A stretch of DNA of 64,000 bases from Octopus vulgaris (GCA_951406725.2 OX597827.1:34162001-34226000); one strand, 5' to 3'; shown: positions 24,839 through 39,149, counted from the stretch's first letter. The notes: generated by a model not told the origin, from the letters alone. Numbers and translations are program-made.

Positions 24839-27056
24839 CACTGGTCAACAAAATGAAACTTTTTTTAATCATTAGAGTTGCTGATTGACTTTACTGGGTT
24901 AATTTTTGATGCCGATAACAAATCTGAAGTCTGATTTCCTCTATCAGGTCACATTTTCATGTTTATGATGCCTGCTGTTTTAACTTATAGGATACGTAAA
25001 GCATGTCTATATAAAGTATATTGAATGCAAGATACGATAATTTCATGGCTTTTTATTGTACAAAATTAAAATTATTGTTAGAATACACTCAAATGTATAA
25101 CAACTTAAAATCTTTGGGATTTAGACTTTCCATAGTGTTTTATCTCAGGTTCATCCCTGTATAACATCCAACAATAGCCAGCTAACATCCCTGCATTCCA
25201 AAATCCTTGTTCCATCGATGCAATATCTTGATGAAAGCATTCCCCTTGCTCATCGGACACTGCTCCAAGTTTCTCTGCAAAAAAGTCCAGATGTGAATCA
25301 AGGAAATGGACTTTTAATGACATCCGACAGCCCTTTGCAGCGTAGGAGTCTAGAAGACATTTCACTCCATTTCTAAACTCTAGAGATCTCTTGTCACCCA
25401 GGAAATTTTCAAAGAGCCATTTGAAGGATTCCCAGGCTTTAAGCTCAATCTCATCCAGTGCTGTGAGGAAGTGGTTGTCCTTCAGGAGTTCTTTTATCTG
25501 CGGACCTATGAATACGCCCTCCATCAGTTTTGCCTCGGTGATTTTTGGAAATTTGGCCTTCACATACTCAAAGCCTTTTGAGTTTTCCCTGGCAAGTGTC
25601 TTCACGAATTGTTTTATGAGGCCAAGCTTTATGTGAAGAGGGGGAAGAAGAATATTTTCTGGTTTTAAAAGTGGCTTACTCCGGACGCTAGAAACTCCCG
25701 GCTCATATGATTTTCGCAAAGGCCACTCTAATTGCACATAGTACTTGTTAGTTGCACGACTGTTCCATAGGCTTAAAAAGCAACAATATTTCGTGAACCC
25801 AGATTGCATTCCCATCAACATTCCAGTCACCTCCAAGTCTCCACATATTTTCCAGCTGTAGTTTGTATACTTTATGGCATTGAGGTGTACTTGCATGTTT
25901 TCATAACATTCCTTCATGTACACTGAATGTCCTATGGAAATGGATGGTTTCTTATTGTGTAGTAGTAGTGCCTTGAGGCTTCTCTTAGATGAATCATTGA
26001 ATAAGCGCCATTCAGCTGGAACATGCTCTTGGAACAAACAGCGAAATAATTCATCAATGTTACTACTGAAACTAAGTGGTCCATCAACAGAGAAGCAGAT
26101 CCCTATTTCTCTTCCTGAAATGAGTAATACAAGCATTTTTCTTAAGCAGACACTTTTCTTGTAGGCGAGATGCTAATAGTTCAGCTTTATCCTTCAACAA
26201 TGACAAGTCTCTAACTAAATCATTTAACTCTCCTTGAGAAAATTTCTGAGGTACGTCTTCATTTTCAATTGTGAAATCTGCATCCACTTCGGTATCTTCC
26301 TCAGCAGTAGTATTTTCTTCAGGAAATACATCTTCAAAAGACATCTGAAGGCCATTTTCTGGTGGTATTAAAATAGGAAGATCATCATCGTTGAGTGGTA
26401 CTGGTCTTCTTGCTGATTCCAAGCTGGGATACACAATCTTATGCTTGGTCTTTACAGTAAACCCACATACATTAACGTTGCAGAAATAACAGTCCATGAA
26501 GTGATCCTTTGGCTCTCTCCATATCATAGGTATTGCAAACGGCATTGCTCTCTTCCTCTTATTTAGCCAATCCCCAAGTCCATTTGAAGAAGCTGAGCAG
26601 ATGATGTACAGGGCCCAACTCTTATCTTGATCCCCGAGAGAGCAGCCAAAGTATAACTGGTAGATCTTCTTGATTTCACTTGTGATGGCACGTTGCTAAG
26701 CTTTGGTGGTAAATGAACCACAGACACTGACAAAATATATCAGGACTGTTCTTGCAATGCCTTGACATCCTGTGTAGAATTTGATGTTGACGATGATTTG
26801 GCACTTTAAACAGAAAGTAAAATTTATGAAAAGAAAAGGTTATGAAAACATAAATTTACAAAATGAATACAAATAGTTATAAAACAGAAGTCAGACGTTT
26901 ACGTGTAGCGATACTGTTGATGAGAGTTATATACCTCTCTTATCAGAAAAACTGTGCCTGATAGAAGGAAACCAATTACATTTTTGAAATCCACGGACAA
27001 AACTACATATAAAACACCATATAATATCCCTGATGAAAATTTGCTGTTAACCAGTG
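24839..27056 (-). mobile_element. Complete Chapaev3-type (CMC) DNA transposon
   Basis: TAA|CACTGGTCAACA ... TGTTAACCAGTG|TAA: CAC termini and a 3-bp TWA TSD enclosing a transposase. Confidence 0.88.
25105..26768 (-). pseudogene. Chapaev3-type transposase, disrupted
   Basis: MSRHCKNSPDIFC..VCG...LYFGC.LGDQDKSW, MPFAIPMIWREPKDH..DCYFC, WKICGDL, PPLHIKLGL.KQFVK, SLKVHFLDSHLDFF, GAVSDEQGE.FHQDI; one stop and at least two frameshifts. Confidence 0.88.
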
Positions 27057-27511
27057 TAATGGGAGAAGGAGATACTCCACAAATATCTAAACCTTCTTGC
27101 CCATTATATACTAAACACTATCGATTCAATCTACACTCTGTTTCACAACTGGAAGGAAACAGTATTTATATGAAATTCTTAATAAGTTCTTGATATTGTT
27201 GAAATCAACATACTTGGTTAGCCGCAACAGCTCAATATTGTTGAGTTAATGACAAATATTGCTTTTCCCTGACGGCATAATTATTACTTGTTTCAAAATT
27301 AGATTATCTTTGCATTAAATACGTTAATCCTAATACAACAATTTTCTGAATAGTTTAGTCACGTAGAAGGGGTTGCGCATATGATTTTTTGTAGACTTTC
27401 CAAAACTAGTGAGGGTGATGCGCTTGATAATCACCTTGACCATTTACAAGAAATAAGAACTAGATTTGCTTCAGATCACATCCTGCTAATTTAGAAAAGG
27501 ACACATACATA

Positions 27512-27970
<459 letters not shown>

Positions 27971-28863
27971 AGATTAATATGATTTTAAATGCATTTTTGT
28001 GCGGTTGAGGAAGGGAAACAAGTTGATGGCTGTTGGAACACATTTATAGACCTGAAGCAGTAGGGCGGACCTGGTGCTAAACAACATAAATTTGTTCTCT
28101 CGATAACAGATTTATTCTGTAAGGTATTTTATTGATCAAGTCGCCTTAAATGAGGATATAGCAGCTCATTGTTTATCTCAAATCAAAACCGTAATAACTG
28201 CCGCCTCGACTCATCTGAAATTATTAACCGAACATTTCTTTCGATTAAATCATTTAAATGTAATCATTTCTAAAAGTGTCTGAGTTCCATACTCAACATT
28301 AAACATTTTATCACACTCTACCCGCTCTTCGATGTAACTGGAAACACAGGGAGATTAGATAATAATTCTTGCGTAATTGGCAAAAACATTTGTAAAATGT
28401 CCGTCCGATATTACGATCACTTTAACCACTTAAGTTCATATAGAAATAACAGAGAAAAGACGGCGATAGAATTTGTTAGATGACGACTTCCCAGCTTACT
28501 CTAGCTACAGTCGATTCTCGCTATCTGTCGCAAGCGGTGGACATTTTGTACAGACGGCTTATTCTTTAACCATACACCGTTTTCACCTCACTGTGTATGT
28601 TTGTGAGTACTTGACTCTTGTTATCATCATCATCATTACTGTCGTTATAATGGTCTTAGGCAAGGAATGAACTCCACTATGTTTCATTCTCGTTCTTCTA
28701 AAAATTTAGTGCTTTTAACCTATGTAAGCAACAATTATTCTAATTTTTATTGTGGTTATTGTTGTCGAAGTTAAATGTAAAATTGTTTTTCCTTTCATTT
28801 GACATTCCTCAAACTGAGCATTTAAGATCCCCCATTCACACACATAAATACATACACATATTC

Positions 28864-28941
<78 letters not shown>

Positions 28942-29966
28942 ATCTTTCTCTATCTTTTGTATATATACAAAATTTAGATTCTGCATTTTCCAGTGCTCAC
29001 ATTCACATGTATTTTCTAATACGATGCCATCATAACTATGTACACGCAAGATATTGTCATGTAAATGTCTTGACAATTATTTGATCTTGGCAAAATAATA
29101 AATAAACAAAAAGAAGCCGCTCCCCAGACGTAGGCGTGTTCATGCTCATAGCATCGTAATTACTATAGACTCTTCAACTTAAACTGTTAATGTTGTTATA
29201 TATATAATCAAGTTGTTCAAAATACACACATACATAAACACTCTCTGTATACGTATTTCATATAAGTAGTTTTTTTTATAGCTCTACGACTGTTTGTTTT
29301 GTAAATATTTGACTTCATGTTTATAGTTTACATTTGAGTCATATAAATGCAATTAACGTTGTTATGGAGCTAAACAATTATTAATATGTTCGTATATGTA
29401 TAAACTTCATCATTTCATGTCTTACATCGCATGTCTTATCCATTCGTTCACTGACAAATCTTTTATCCTCTGTTAAATTGCCAGGTAATTCACTCGCGAA
29501 CATTTAATCATGTATACAGCATTGTTTCCGACTTAGACACAAGGCCTGGAATTTGCTGCTAAGGGTATACTCGATTAAATTAACTCTTGTACTTAAGTGG
29601 AACTTTATTTTATTGACTCCGAAAAGATAAAAAGCAAATTGTCCTCGACAAGATTTGAACATTCTCCCCGATGCTACCAATCTTATCAGAAGTATAGATA
29701 TCCTTTGTCTTGTGTCCGGTCCACCCGTGATTTTATTTTTATATATGTATATATATATAAATAAAAAAACAATTGCAGCATGGAAGGTGTTTATAAGCAA
29801 TTTAAAAACACACGTAAACCATTAGATTCACTTCAACATTATAATTTAAATCTCCAAAATATTTTCGTCGCTTTGAGACCGCGACCTGTTCACTGACAAA
29901 ATCCCAAACGGGAACGTGAAACTCCGAGTAACAGATTTTGTTATATTTCTGCTGCTTTTAAATAAA

Positions 29967-30030
<64 letters not shown>

Positions 30031-31795
30031 CACTAGTTCTCGGACGTTTTTTTTTTTTTACATGCTGACCACTGGTTCAAACTGGTATTATTCAGTATTA
30101 ATTTCTACCCTTATTATACACACACATATATATTTATATATATACACAAAATTCAGTAGGTATTCAAATGTATGTGTGTGTGAAGCTCCTGTAGCTTTCA
30201 TACCAACATTGATTGTGAACTTAACCCAGCCTTTTGTTTATTATTGTTTTGTTCTTCGCCATATGTTTATGTGTTTGCAAGCTCTAAGTCTTAAAAAACA
30301 CTTCGTATTTTTGTCGAGATGACATTTACACCTGTTCTTTAAATTAGTCTAACGATGTAGTTATAATCTATTATCGCACCATACTGGACTGTTTCGTCTT
30401 TCGTCTAGTAACTAACAATTTCGCGTTTTCACTCTCACTCTTTTTTACTCTTTACTTTCACTTGACGCCCACCTATAATAACCAAAGGGAAAGCCTTCTG
30501 TGTAGTTACTCGACCTGTCAGAAATAGGAACTAAATCTCCAGTCACTCTTCTTTCCTGAAGTGGACGAGCATTGGCTACAAATTCTCATTGCTATAGTAA
30601 ACAATGCTTCCTTCATTTTTTTGTAAAATTATAATTACTATAAAATATTATCTTCATTTGTTTCAAGGCTTACTTCTTGAGCATTATATGATTGATATAA
30701 TTTATTTTCGAAATTGGAAATAAAGCATTTCTCCTTCGCTTTTAAACTAATTTATTAGTTTCGTCTTATTTGAAATACTTTTGAAAAGAAATAGGCACTA
30801 AGGATGCGGGATTACTTGAGTTAGTCTAAGGATATTTTACTACTATTTCTAGTCGTCAAAGCGCCTGTCCTTTTCGTATTTTTCGAACCAATATCAATGG
30901 GAAATATCTTTAATTATTTTATTACTTTCGATCTTTATTAAAATGTTTATTAGTTAATTCAGTGCTTGTTTCTGCGTTTGAACTGCTTTGCTGAAAAGTG
31001 AAACTGTTATTACCTGTGATGTGAAACTGATTTTGAACTTAAATTGTTTGCGTTTTTACTGTTCCTTAAATGTTCCAACTGTTAATAAGAATAAAAGAAG
31101 TATGGTTTAGGGGAATGAGTGTTAACACATCTAATGCATTAACAAGCTTACTAGAAATAAATATTCTTTCCGTTTTGGGGAAAATCAGTTTTAATTTTCC
31201 TGGCAAATGTTGAAGATATTTTCCGACATTTGGTTTTATTCTGCCCTCATCAGCGGACCATATGGGTAGTAGAGTAGGTGGAGTGGGGAAGGTTCAGCCC
31301 CGGACAGCTCTTTCATTGGATCGGCTCTTGTATAAGCTTAGTGAGGATGGTGGGAAAACCCGAGGGCTGCACCAAGCAGCACCCACTGTAGTTACACCAC
31401 TTCATATTTGCTGAAGTAGCGCTAAAAAATGACGCATGCTACCTATATTTCCTTCGCTGCACCTCGCCGAGCTGCAGATTAGCAGAATTGTATGTGTAGG
31501 ACAAAATGCCTTGTGGTATTTGTTCTAGCGCTACTACATTCTGAGTTCGAATATCATAGAAATCAACGTTTGCCTTTCATACTTCTGGGGTTGGTTAGAA
31601 ATGATGTACCAATCAAATACTGATCAAATACCGATTGTTCTCCCTCCTCATATTTTTAGCCTTATGCTTATTTAGGAAAATATATAGGTCGAGCAGTGAG
31701 TTGACAAAATTGGTACTGCAACAAGCAACATACTTTCTCAGTAGCAACATTCTGACCAGGGCAGTACTTTTGGGTCTGTTGTATAAGCCTGTATA

Positions 31796-31994
31796 CAAGG
31801 GGGTGCCGAAAAGTTCTTGGCTTTGGGTAAAAGAAAATACAAGACAATCAGTTAATTATGATTTTATTCAACATATTCCTCTCTCAGATTCACACATTTA
31901 TTGCAGTGGCCCTGTAAAAGAACTTGGAAGGTTGAGCGTTCAACCAGGTCTTTTGCAACACCCTTAAAGCCAAGAACTTTTCAGCACTCCCTCA
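31796..31994. mobile_element. mariner-type MITE
   Basis: TA|CAAGGGGGTGCCGAAAAGTTCTTGGCTTT ... AAAGCCAAGAACTTTTCAGCACTCCCTCA|TA. Confidence 0.82.
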
Positions 31995-32243
31995 TAGATA
32001 GGTGGTGAGGAGGGAAATGCCATGACTATCCTGGGTAGCACACACTCTAGCTATAAACACTATTTAGTTGCAGCCCTTTATGTTCAAATACTGCCAAAGT
32101 CAACTTCCCCTTTTATCCTTTGCGGTGGGTTTTGGTAAAATAAAGGAGCTGTCAGCTACAAGTATCAGTGTGATTCACAATGTCCTTTATTCTACCATTA
32201 ATAAAAAGAAAATTCATAGCCTTGTGCCTATATGAGAAATTAA

Positions 32244-32961
32244 GGATCTTTACCTTTTGACTGGCAGATTTAGAAAATAATTTTTTGTAAGTAAACACTT
32301 TCAAACTTCGTATACCGGTAGAATGTGTCATATAAAACATTTTTTACTCTTAGCGTTTTTGAGAAAATTTTATGTTTACAAAGTTATTTCATTTTAAAGT
32401 TGTTGTATTTCGGTAATTTCAACCAATCAATGACGGGTATTCAGCTGAATAAAATTACTGTTGTTGTTTGTCAACAACAACTTCCGGTGGTGTATGTTTC
32501 ATTTGTCACTGTTATTTGACATATTTCATCTCAATTACGTTTGTATTAATAAACAAGTGTATCTGAAGCATGGCACCACCATAATCATTTGTGCTTCGTT
32601 TTTCATTTTTTTCCGTAACTCTAACCCTAAAACCCTAACCCTAAAACCTTAAAGCTAAAACCAATACAAACGCACGAACGATGTCATAAATAACAGTGAC
32701 AAACGAAATATACACTGCCGATAGTTGTTGTTGACAAACAACACCTGTAATTTTATTCAGCTGAATACATGTCATTGATTGGTTGAAATTACTGAAAAAC
32801 AAGAACTTTAACAAGAAATAACTTTGTAAACGTAAACTTTTCTTAAAAACATTAAGAGTAAAAGATGTTTTATATGACACATTCTGCCAGTATGTGAAGT
32901 TTCAAAGTGTTTACTTACAAAAGATTATTTTCTAATTCTGTAGGTCAAAAGGTAAAGATCC
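32244..32961. mobile_element. Fold-back MITE with ~280-bp TIRs and 8-bp TSD (Merlin-like termini)
   Basis: GGATCTTTACCTTTTGAC...GTCAAAAGGTAAAGATCC; GAAATTAA duplicated at 32236-32243 and 32962-32969; arms ~32244-32522 and ~32683-32961. Confidence 0.9.
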
Positions 32962-33112
32962 GAAATTAATAATATTTAAGACAGGCCTTGTAGTATCAGA
33001 GGTTTGAGACTTGATTTTAGTTTCTGGTCAAAACTACTTCATTTTTACAACCTTTATTTTCCCTCTTCCCTAAATATATGGTAGCCTTACGATTATTTGT
33101 TATTTGTAAAGC

Positions 33113-33503
33113 ACATGCATGGCTGTGTGGTTAAGAAGCCTGCTTCCCAGTCATTGTGGTCTTGGAATCAGTTTCACTGTGCAGCACCCTAGGAAAGTAT
33201 CTTCAATTATAGCTCCAGGCCAATCAAAAATCTTGTCAGTGGATTTGGTAGACAGAAACTGAAAGAAGCCTGCTGTGTATATGCATATGTATGTGTGTTT
33301 GTATGTACCCTTATCTTGACATCATGTGTAAATGAGCATCATCATTGTACAAGCAGACAGACCATAGGGAAATATTTCCTTGCTTAGAAACAGGTGAGGG
33401 TTGTCAACAGGAAAGGAATCTGGGTGTAGAAAATCTGTCTCAACAAATCCTGTCTCACTCATGCAAGCATGGAAACGTGGATGTTAAATAATGGTGATGA
33501 TGA
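33113..33503 (+). mobile_element. SINE family B with RTE-like 3' tail
   Basis: Family B head followed by CATGCAAGCATGGAAACGTGGATGTTAAA and a (TGA)n-like tail shared with RTE remnants in the window. Confidence 0.75.
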
Positions 33504-34030
33504 TTTGCTTTTTTTTGTTGGAGGTTTGTTAATATAAGTGACTCTCACCTCTCAGCATTTCTGACTTTGTGTCTAAGTTAGAGATATTATTACAGTCAAA
33601 AAGCAGCAGAAATTGTGAGTTAAAAAAACAAAACAAAAAACTAAATGCCTCATCTAGTACATTCAGAATCTGAGGACGCTGGTGATAGTATGTGTTGGTA
33701 ACAATTAGTTTAAAAAAGAGTTTGTAGAATAAGTTCAATTTACTGCACGGAGTGATGGTTTTACGTGTAGGTGGAGCCAGTTTTTGAGATAAAAAGATGC
33801 ACATTGGGATTTTAATTTTCAAAATTTTTTGAATTTAATCAAGTTTCCATAAGGGCAAGATTACAGGCGACATCTTGAAGTGCAAAGTTCCATAATCTGA
33901 ATTTTCATAACACAGGGCTGTATGTATGTGTGTTTGTGTGTGTGTGTATATGTATAGTACAAAGTAAGATAGGGAACAAACCAAATTTGTTTCTCCATTT
34001 TCTTATTTGTATTATATATATATATGTATG

Positions 34031-34140
<110 letters not shown>

Positions 34141-34169
34141 TATATATATGTATGTATATATATATATAT

Positions 34170-35907
34170 GACTGATCTGGGCTGTATCAGTGATGTTTAC
34201 TCCCCAATACACTTTATCGGACATAACATTTGGCGCTCCTGATGTCTTAGCAGCAATAAAGGAAATGAAGCATAATTCAGCAGTAGGTCCTGATAGGTTC
34301 CCTGCTTGTGTTTTGAAGATGTGTCAAAACCAACTTGCACCCCCTCTAGCCAATCTGTGGCGGAACTCACTGGATGCTGGATATATACCAGAGGACCTTC
34401 TATCCCAGTCTGTTGTCCCAGTTTTCAAAAAAGGAAACAAATCGCTTGCCGTGAATTACCGTCCAATCTCACTCACCTCTCATATCATCAAGGTATTTGA
34501 GAGGGTGCTGAGATCGCGTATGACTCACTTCCTTGAGAGTCATAATATGCTGAACCCCAACCAGCATGGATTCCGTAATGGGAGAGATTGCCTGACGCAG
34601 CTACTGCATCATTTTGATGACATTTTGAGAGCCTTGAGAGAAGGTTCCAACACTGATGTCATCTATCTTGATTTCAGCAAGGCCTTTGACAGGGTTGATC
34701 ATAAGATCCTTCTGAGAAAGCTGTCCAATATTGGTGTCACTGGAAAGTTGCTGCAGTGGATCAAGTGCTTCCTGTCTAACAGAACCCAACATGTTGTAGT
34801 CGAAGGAGTCAAATCCAGCCCAGCCAAAGTCAGCAGTGGTGTCCCACAAGGCACTGTGTTGGGCCCACTTCTCTTCATCATCTACATAAATGATATTAAT
34901 GATACCATCAAACACAGTAACATCAGAACCTTCGCTGATGACTCCAAGCTCCAGAAGGTCATCAATGGCGTGGATGACCGAATAAACCTTCAGTCAGACC
35001 TACTGGCTGTTGTCCAATGGGCGGAAAAGAATAACATGTTGCTAAATGAAGACAAATTTGAACTGATCCACTTTGGAAGGGAGGACGCTCTGAAACTCCC
35101 ATACTCTCTTCATTCTGGAGAAATTCTCATGGCATCCAACAACATCAGAGACCTGGGAGTAACAGTGGACAACAACATAAGCTGGGCTACACATATAAGC
35201 AGCAAAGTTGACATGGCCCGCAGAATGTGTTCCTGGATTCTCAGAACCTTCCAGTCGAGAGATTCCCACGCTATTATCCTTCTCTTCTCCACTTTTGCCC
35301 GACCCCACCTTGAATACTGCTGTCCGCTGTGGTCTCCCTACACAAAACAAAATATTATGAGAATTGAAGCTCCCCAAAGGTCAATCACAAAAAAGATAGA
35401 TGGCATGTCAGACCTTGACTACTGGGGTAGACTAGAGAAGCTGAAATTGTATTCACTCCAACGACGCCGTGAACGCTACATTATCTGTATGATGTGGAAA
35501 ATATTCCACCAGCACTGTCCGAATGATGTTAGCATCACCTTCAAAATGCATCCAAGGCTTGGACCACGTGCCATCCGTCCACAACAAAAATCTAAATCGC
35601 ATCACATAACGACAATACGGCACAACTATTTCACCTCAATTGGACCTGCTCTCTTCAACATTACACCAGGGCACGTCAAAAAAGAAACTGACCACACAAA
35701 ATTCAAGAAGTCTTTGGACAAATTCCTTCAAACAGTACTGGACAAACCACCCACACCTGGATATGTCTCCGCAAACAATAACTCTCTGCTCGAATGGGCC
35801 TTGGTGCCCAAATCCTGAACTGAAAGACTTCACCAGGTGGTGCTATTAAGTTAGACATGGCCTGGGCCAATACTGGCCAAAACCTTTCTAAGTTATTCTA
35901 AGTTATA
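34170..35907 (+). mobile_element. 5'-truncated CR1-like LINE
   Basis: RT ORF, ~90-nt 3'UTR and tandem tail (TTCTAAGTTA)2, embedded in TA-rich microsatellite on both sides. Confidence 0.9.
34190..35818 (+). CDS. LINE ORF2 reverse transcriptase and C-terminal region (CR1-like), N-terminally truncated
   Basis: [43 protein letters not shown] and RPHLEYC motifs; no stops over 542 codons; endonuclease domain absent. Confidence 0.92.
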   Translation: MMFTPQYTLSDITFGAPDVLAAIKEMKHNSAVGPDRFPACVLKMCQNQLAPPLANLWRNSLDAGYIPEDLLSQSVVPVFKKGNKSLAVNYRPISLTSHIIKVFERVLRSRMTHFLESHNMLNPNQHGFRNGRDCLTQLLHHFDDILRALREGSNTDVIYLDFSKAFDRVDHKILLRKLSNIGVTGKLLQWIKCFLSNRTQHVVVEGVKSSPAKVSSGVPQGTVLGPLLFIIYINDINDTIKHSNIRTFADDSKLQKVINGVDDRINLQSDLLAVVQWAEKNNMLLNEDKFELIHFGREDALKLPYSLHSGEILMASNNIRDLGVTVDNNISWATHISSKVDMARRMCSWILRTFQSRDSHAIILLFSTFARPHLEYCCPLWSPYTKQNIMRIEAPQRSITKKIDGMSDLDYWGRLEKLKLYSLQRRRERYIICMMWKIFHQHCPNDVSITFKMHPRLGPRAIRPQQKSKSHHITTIRHNYFTSIGPALFNITPGHVKKETDHTKFKKSLDKFLQTVLDKPPTPGYVSANNNSLLEWALVPKS

Positions 35908-35911
35908 TATG

Positions 35912-36017
<106 letters not shown>

Positions 36018-36142
36018 AAAGGTCGACTTAGCCTTTTATCCTTTCGGGGTTAATAAATTAAGTACCAGTTACGCACTGGGGTTGATATACTCGACTTAAT
36101 CTCTTTGTTTGTCCCCTTGTGGGCAATAAAGAAATAAGAAGA

Positions 36143-36984
36143 ATTCCATGCTGCCGATTACGTCTTATATCTTGAATAGCCGTGTTGAGTCGTTCCATCT
36201 GTTTTGACTGTTTGGATCCATTCAAACAATTTGTAATGGATAATCCCTTCCCAGTCCCACCATACACACAACATCGTTTTGCATGGATGAAGATCTTGTT
36301 TAATGCATGTTACTTGTCTGCCAGGGCTAAGCCATTCCTTATGCTGCTTCATATTGATGTACAGGCACCATTTTTCTTCGTCAGCAACGAGTCAGTAAAG
36401 AAATTGTTGCTTGTGTCCATGAGTTGAGTGTTGACGAGCAAGCAAACCGGCGGAGATTATGGCTTGTTGATTTTTGTTGTCACTTAAAGCATGCAGAACC
36501 CATGCTCCAAACTTCTGAACCTTTCCCATCAAGTGAAGATGCTTCTCTATAGTAGTGTGGAAGCATTCCATTTTCTCTGCCAGTTCCTTTGTCGTTTGAT
36601 GAGAATTTTCATCAAACTCAACTGGATGGCCAGAACAAAGTGCGTCTTTGAGGTCAAAATTACCATTTTTGAACTTGGCATACCAATCATGAGTGGTTCT
36701 TTCAGCTATGGCACCCTCTCCGTACGCAGCTTTTGCAGCCTTAGAACCTTGATTAAAAGCAAAAAGGAGGAGGTGTTGAAAATGCTCCTTATTTTTTTAA
36801 TTGACATTATATTTTAACAATCTGAAAATAGGCAAAAATTAACTAAAATTACCTAGAAAAGAAACAAAATAGATTCCAAAATGATACAAAAATAGAATTC
36901 TTGGAAAAATATAGATTCCAAAATTTAAAAACGCAATAAATTCCAAATTTTAAAAGAACACCAGGAACTTAGTTGCCAACCCAA
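36143..36984 (-). mobile_element. Degraded mariner (5' half)
   Basis: Minus-strand TA|TTGGGTTGGCAACTAAGTTC mariner TIR and MLCVWWDWEGIIHY transposase peptide. Confidence 0.85.
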
Positions 36985-37102
36985 TATATGCATGTATGTA
37001 TGTGTATGTATATATATGTATATAAATTAGGGTATCTACAAGATACCACCATGTTAAAATTTTATATTATATATGTATGTATGTATATATATATGTATAT
37101 GT

Positions 37103-38013
37103 ATCATCATCATCATCATTTAACGTCCGCTTTCCATGCTAGCATGGGTTGGACGGTTCAACTGGGGTCTGGGGAGCCCGAAAGCTGCACCAGTCCAGTC
37201 AGATCTGGCAGTGTTTCTACAGCTGGATGCCCTTCCTAACGCCAACCACTCCGAGAGTGTAGTGGGTGATTTTATGTGCCACCGACACAGGTGCCAGACG
37301 AGGCTGGCAAACGGCCACGCTCGGATGGTGTTTTATATGTGCCACCGACACAGGTGCCAGACGAGGCTGGCAGACGGCCACGCTCGGATGGTGTTTTTAT
37401 GTGCCACCGACACAGGTGCCAAATGAGGCTGGCAAACGGCCACGATCGGATGGTGTTTGTTACGTGCCCACAGCACGGAGGCCAGTCGATGCGGTACTGG
37501 CTACGGCCATGTTCGGATGGTTTTCTTGTGTGCCACGTGCCACCGGCACTGGTACCACAAAGATACAAATTCCATTGATGTTCATCTATTTTGATTTGTT
37601 TTGATTTTCACTTGCCTCAACAGGTCTTCACAAGTGTCTCAAGAAGGAAGGTATGCACAGGTGGACTGACTACGTCCCAGGTAGGGGCCACAGGTTATGG
37701 CCTGACTAGTCTTGCCGGGTCTTCGGATGGTGTTTTTATGTGCCACCGACACAGGTGCCAGATGAGGCTGGCGAACGGCCACGATCGGATGGTGTTTGTT
37801 ACGTGCCCACAGCACGGAGGCCAGTCGGTGCGGTACTGGCTACGGCCACGTTCGGATGGTTTTCTTGTGTGCCACCGGCACTGGTACCACAAAGATACAA
37901 TTCCATTAATGTTCATCTATTTTGATTTATTTGATTTGATTTGATTTGATTTGTTTTGATTTCATTTTGATTTTCACTTGCCTCAACAGGCCTTCACAAG
38001 TATCACAAGGAGG
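37103..38013 (-). mobile_element. RTE-tailed non-autonomous element with internal ~62-bp minisatellite and a larger duplication
   Basis: (CAT)n plus TTAACGTCCGCTTTCCATGCTAGCATGGGTTGGACGG tail; unit ...ATGTGCCACCGACACAGGTGCCAGACGAGGCTGGCAAACGGCCACGCTCGGATGGTG x3; ~37384-37647 repeated at ~37723-38013. Confidence 0.75.
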
Positions 38014-38188
38014 ATGTATATATATATATGTATATATATGTATGTATATATATATGTATTTATATGTATGTATATATATGTATTTATATGTATGTATATA
38101 TATGTATATATATATATGTATACATATATGTATATATATATGTATACATATATGTATATATATATGTATACATATATATATGTATATA

Positions 38189-38226
<38 letters not shown>

Positions 38227-38269
38227 TATATATATGTGTGTATATATATGTATTTATATATGTATTATA

Positions 38270-38309
<40 letters not shown>

Positions 38310-38310
<1 letters not shown>

Positions 38311-39106
38311 TAGCAGTATTGCCCGGCTTGTGTGTTCTATGCATGCGCGAATTAAGCTAAACTTGGATGAAGTTCAATCAAAATTCAATTATTTTGGTTT
38401 TAAAATCAAGCATTTAATGCCCTCTATTTTTGTGCTTATCTATTCCATTTCCTCAATAGGAAGTACGTAGAAGCGTTTCATAAATTTTTGTTGATCAAAT
38501 AATTGCATTGTTGAATTATTCTTTTAGATCAGTATTTCTCAACGGGGATTTCAGGGGAGAGTTTCAGGGAGTCGCTGGCGATGTATTGTGATGATCAAAA
38601 ATCTGGCCTGCTAAAATTTGCTTAAAGTGATTCAAACTGCAGACTCAACGCAAAATGGTCTCATTCAATTCAAAGCGTTTAAAATGTTATGAAAACAATT
38701 GGTATGTGTTCACAAAGTCCAAACGATTAATACGAAAAAAACCCTCCAGGCTACATCCCGAAAATTCATTTCTTTGCCAAATTTCTACAATGTTTATGGC
38801 GATTTGTTTTTATATCTTGATTTTTTATTTTTCATGCAATTTACGCATGCTTGCACGCGTGGTGAACATAGTTCACGTCAAACGACTGAGTAAAGTTCAC
38901 TATTCAATGCATGGGATAAGGCCTAACAAACACATTATCGATTTTTGCACTTGCGAGATGAATTTCGGAACAGAAATAGTGCAGTTCAATTTTCATTCGC
39001 CTAAACTTTAAGTGACCCATTTTTGGTTCTACGATTTGTTGGCTAGGAGAGGATGTGCCGGGAAGTTAAACACACAGACACACAAGTTGAGTTTTATATA
39101 TATAGA
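38310..39106 (-). mobile_element. Non-autonomous Helitron with a different interior
   Basis: Plus-strand A|CTAGCAGTATTGCCCGGC at one end and TTTTATATATATAGA|T at the other, like the 12690 copy. Confidence 0.75.
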
Positions 39107-39149
39107 TGTGTATATATATGTATATATATGTGTAAATATATATGTATAT

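Noticed and set aside
28480-30560. Candidate promoter and first exons of the plus-strand ZNF
   Set aside because: CpG-retaining patches and GT donors are present, but no structure can be fixed without transcript data.
37263-37880. Possible CRISPR-like array from the recurring GTGCCACCGACACAGGTGCCA
   Set aside because: The intervening sequences are also repeated, there are no cas genes, and the context is eukaryotic.
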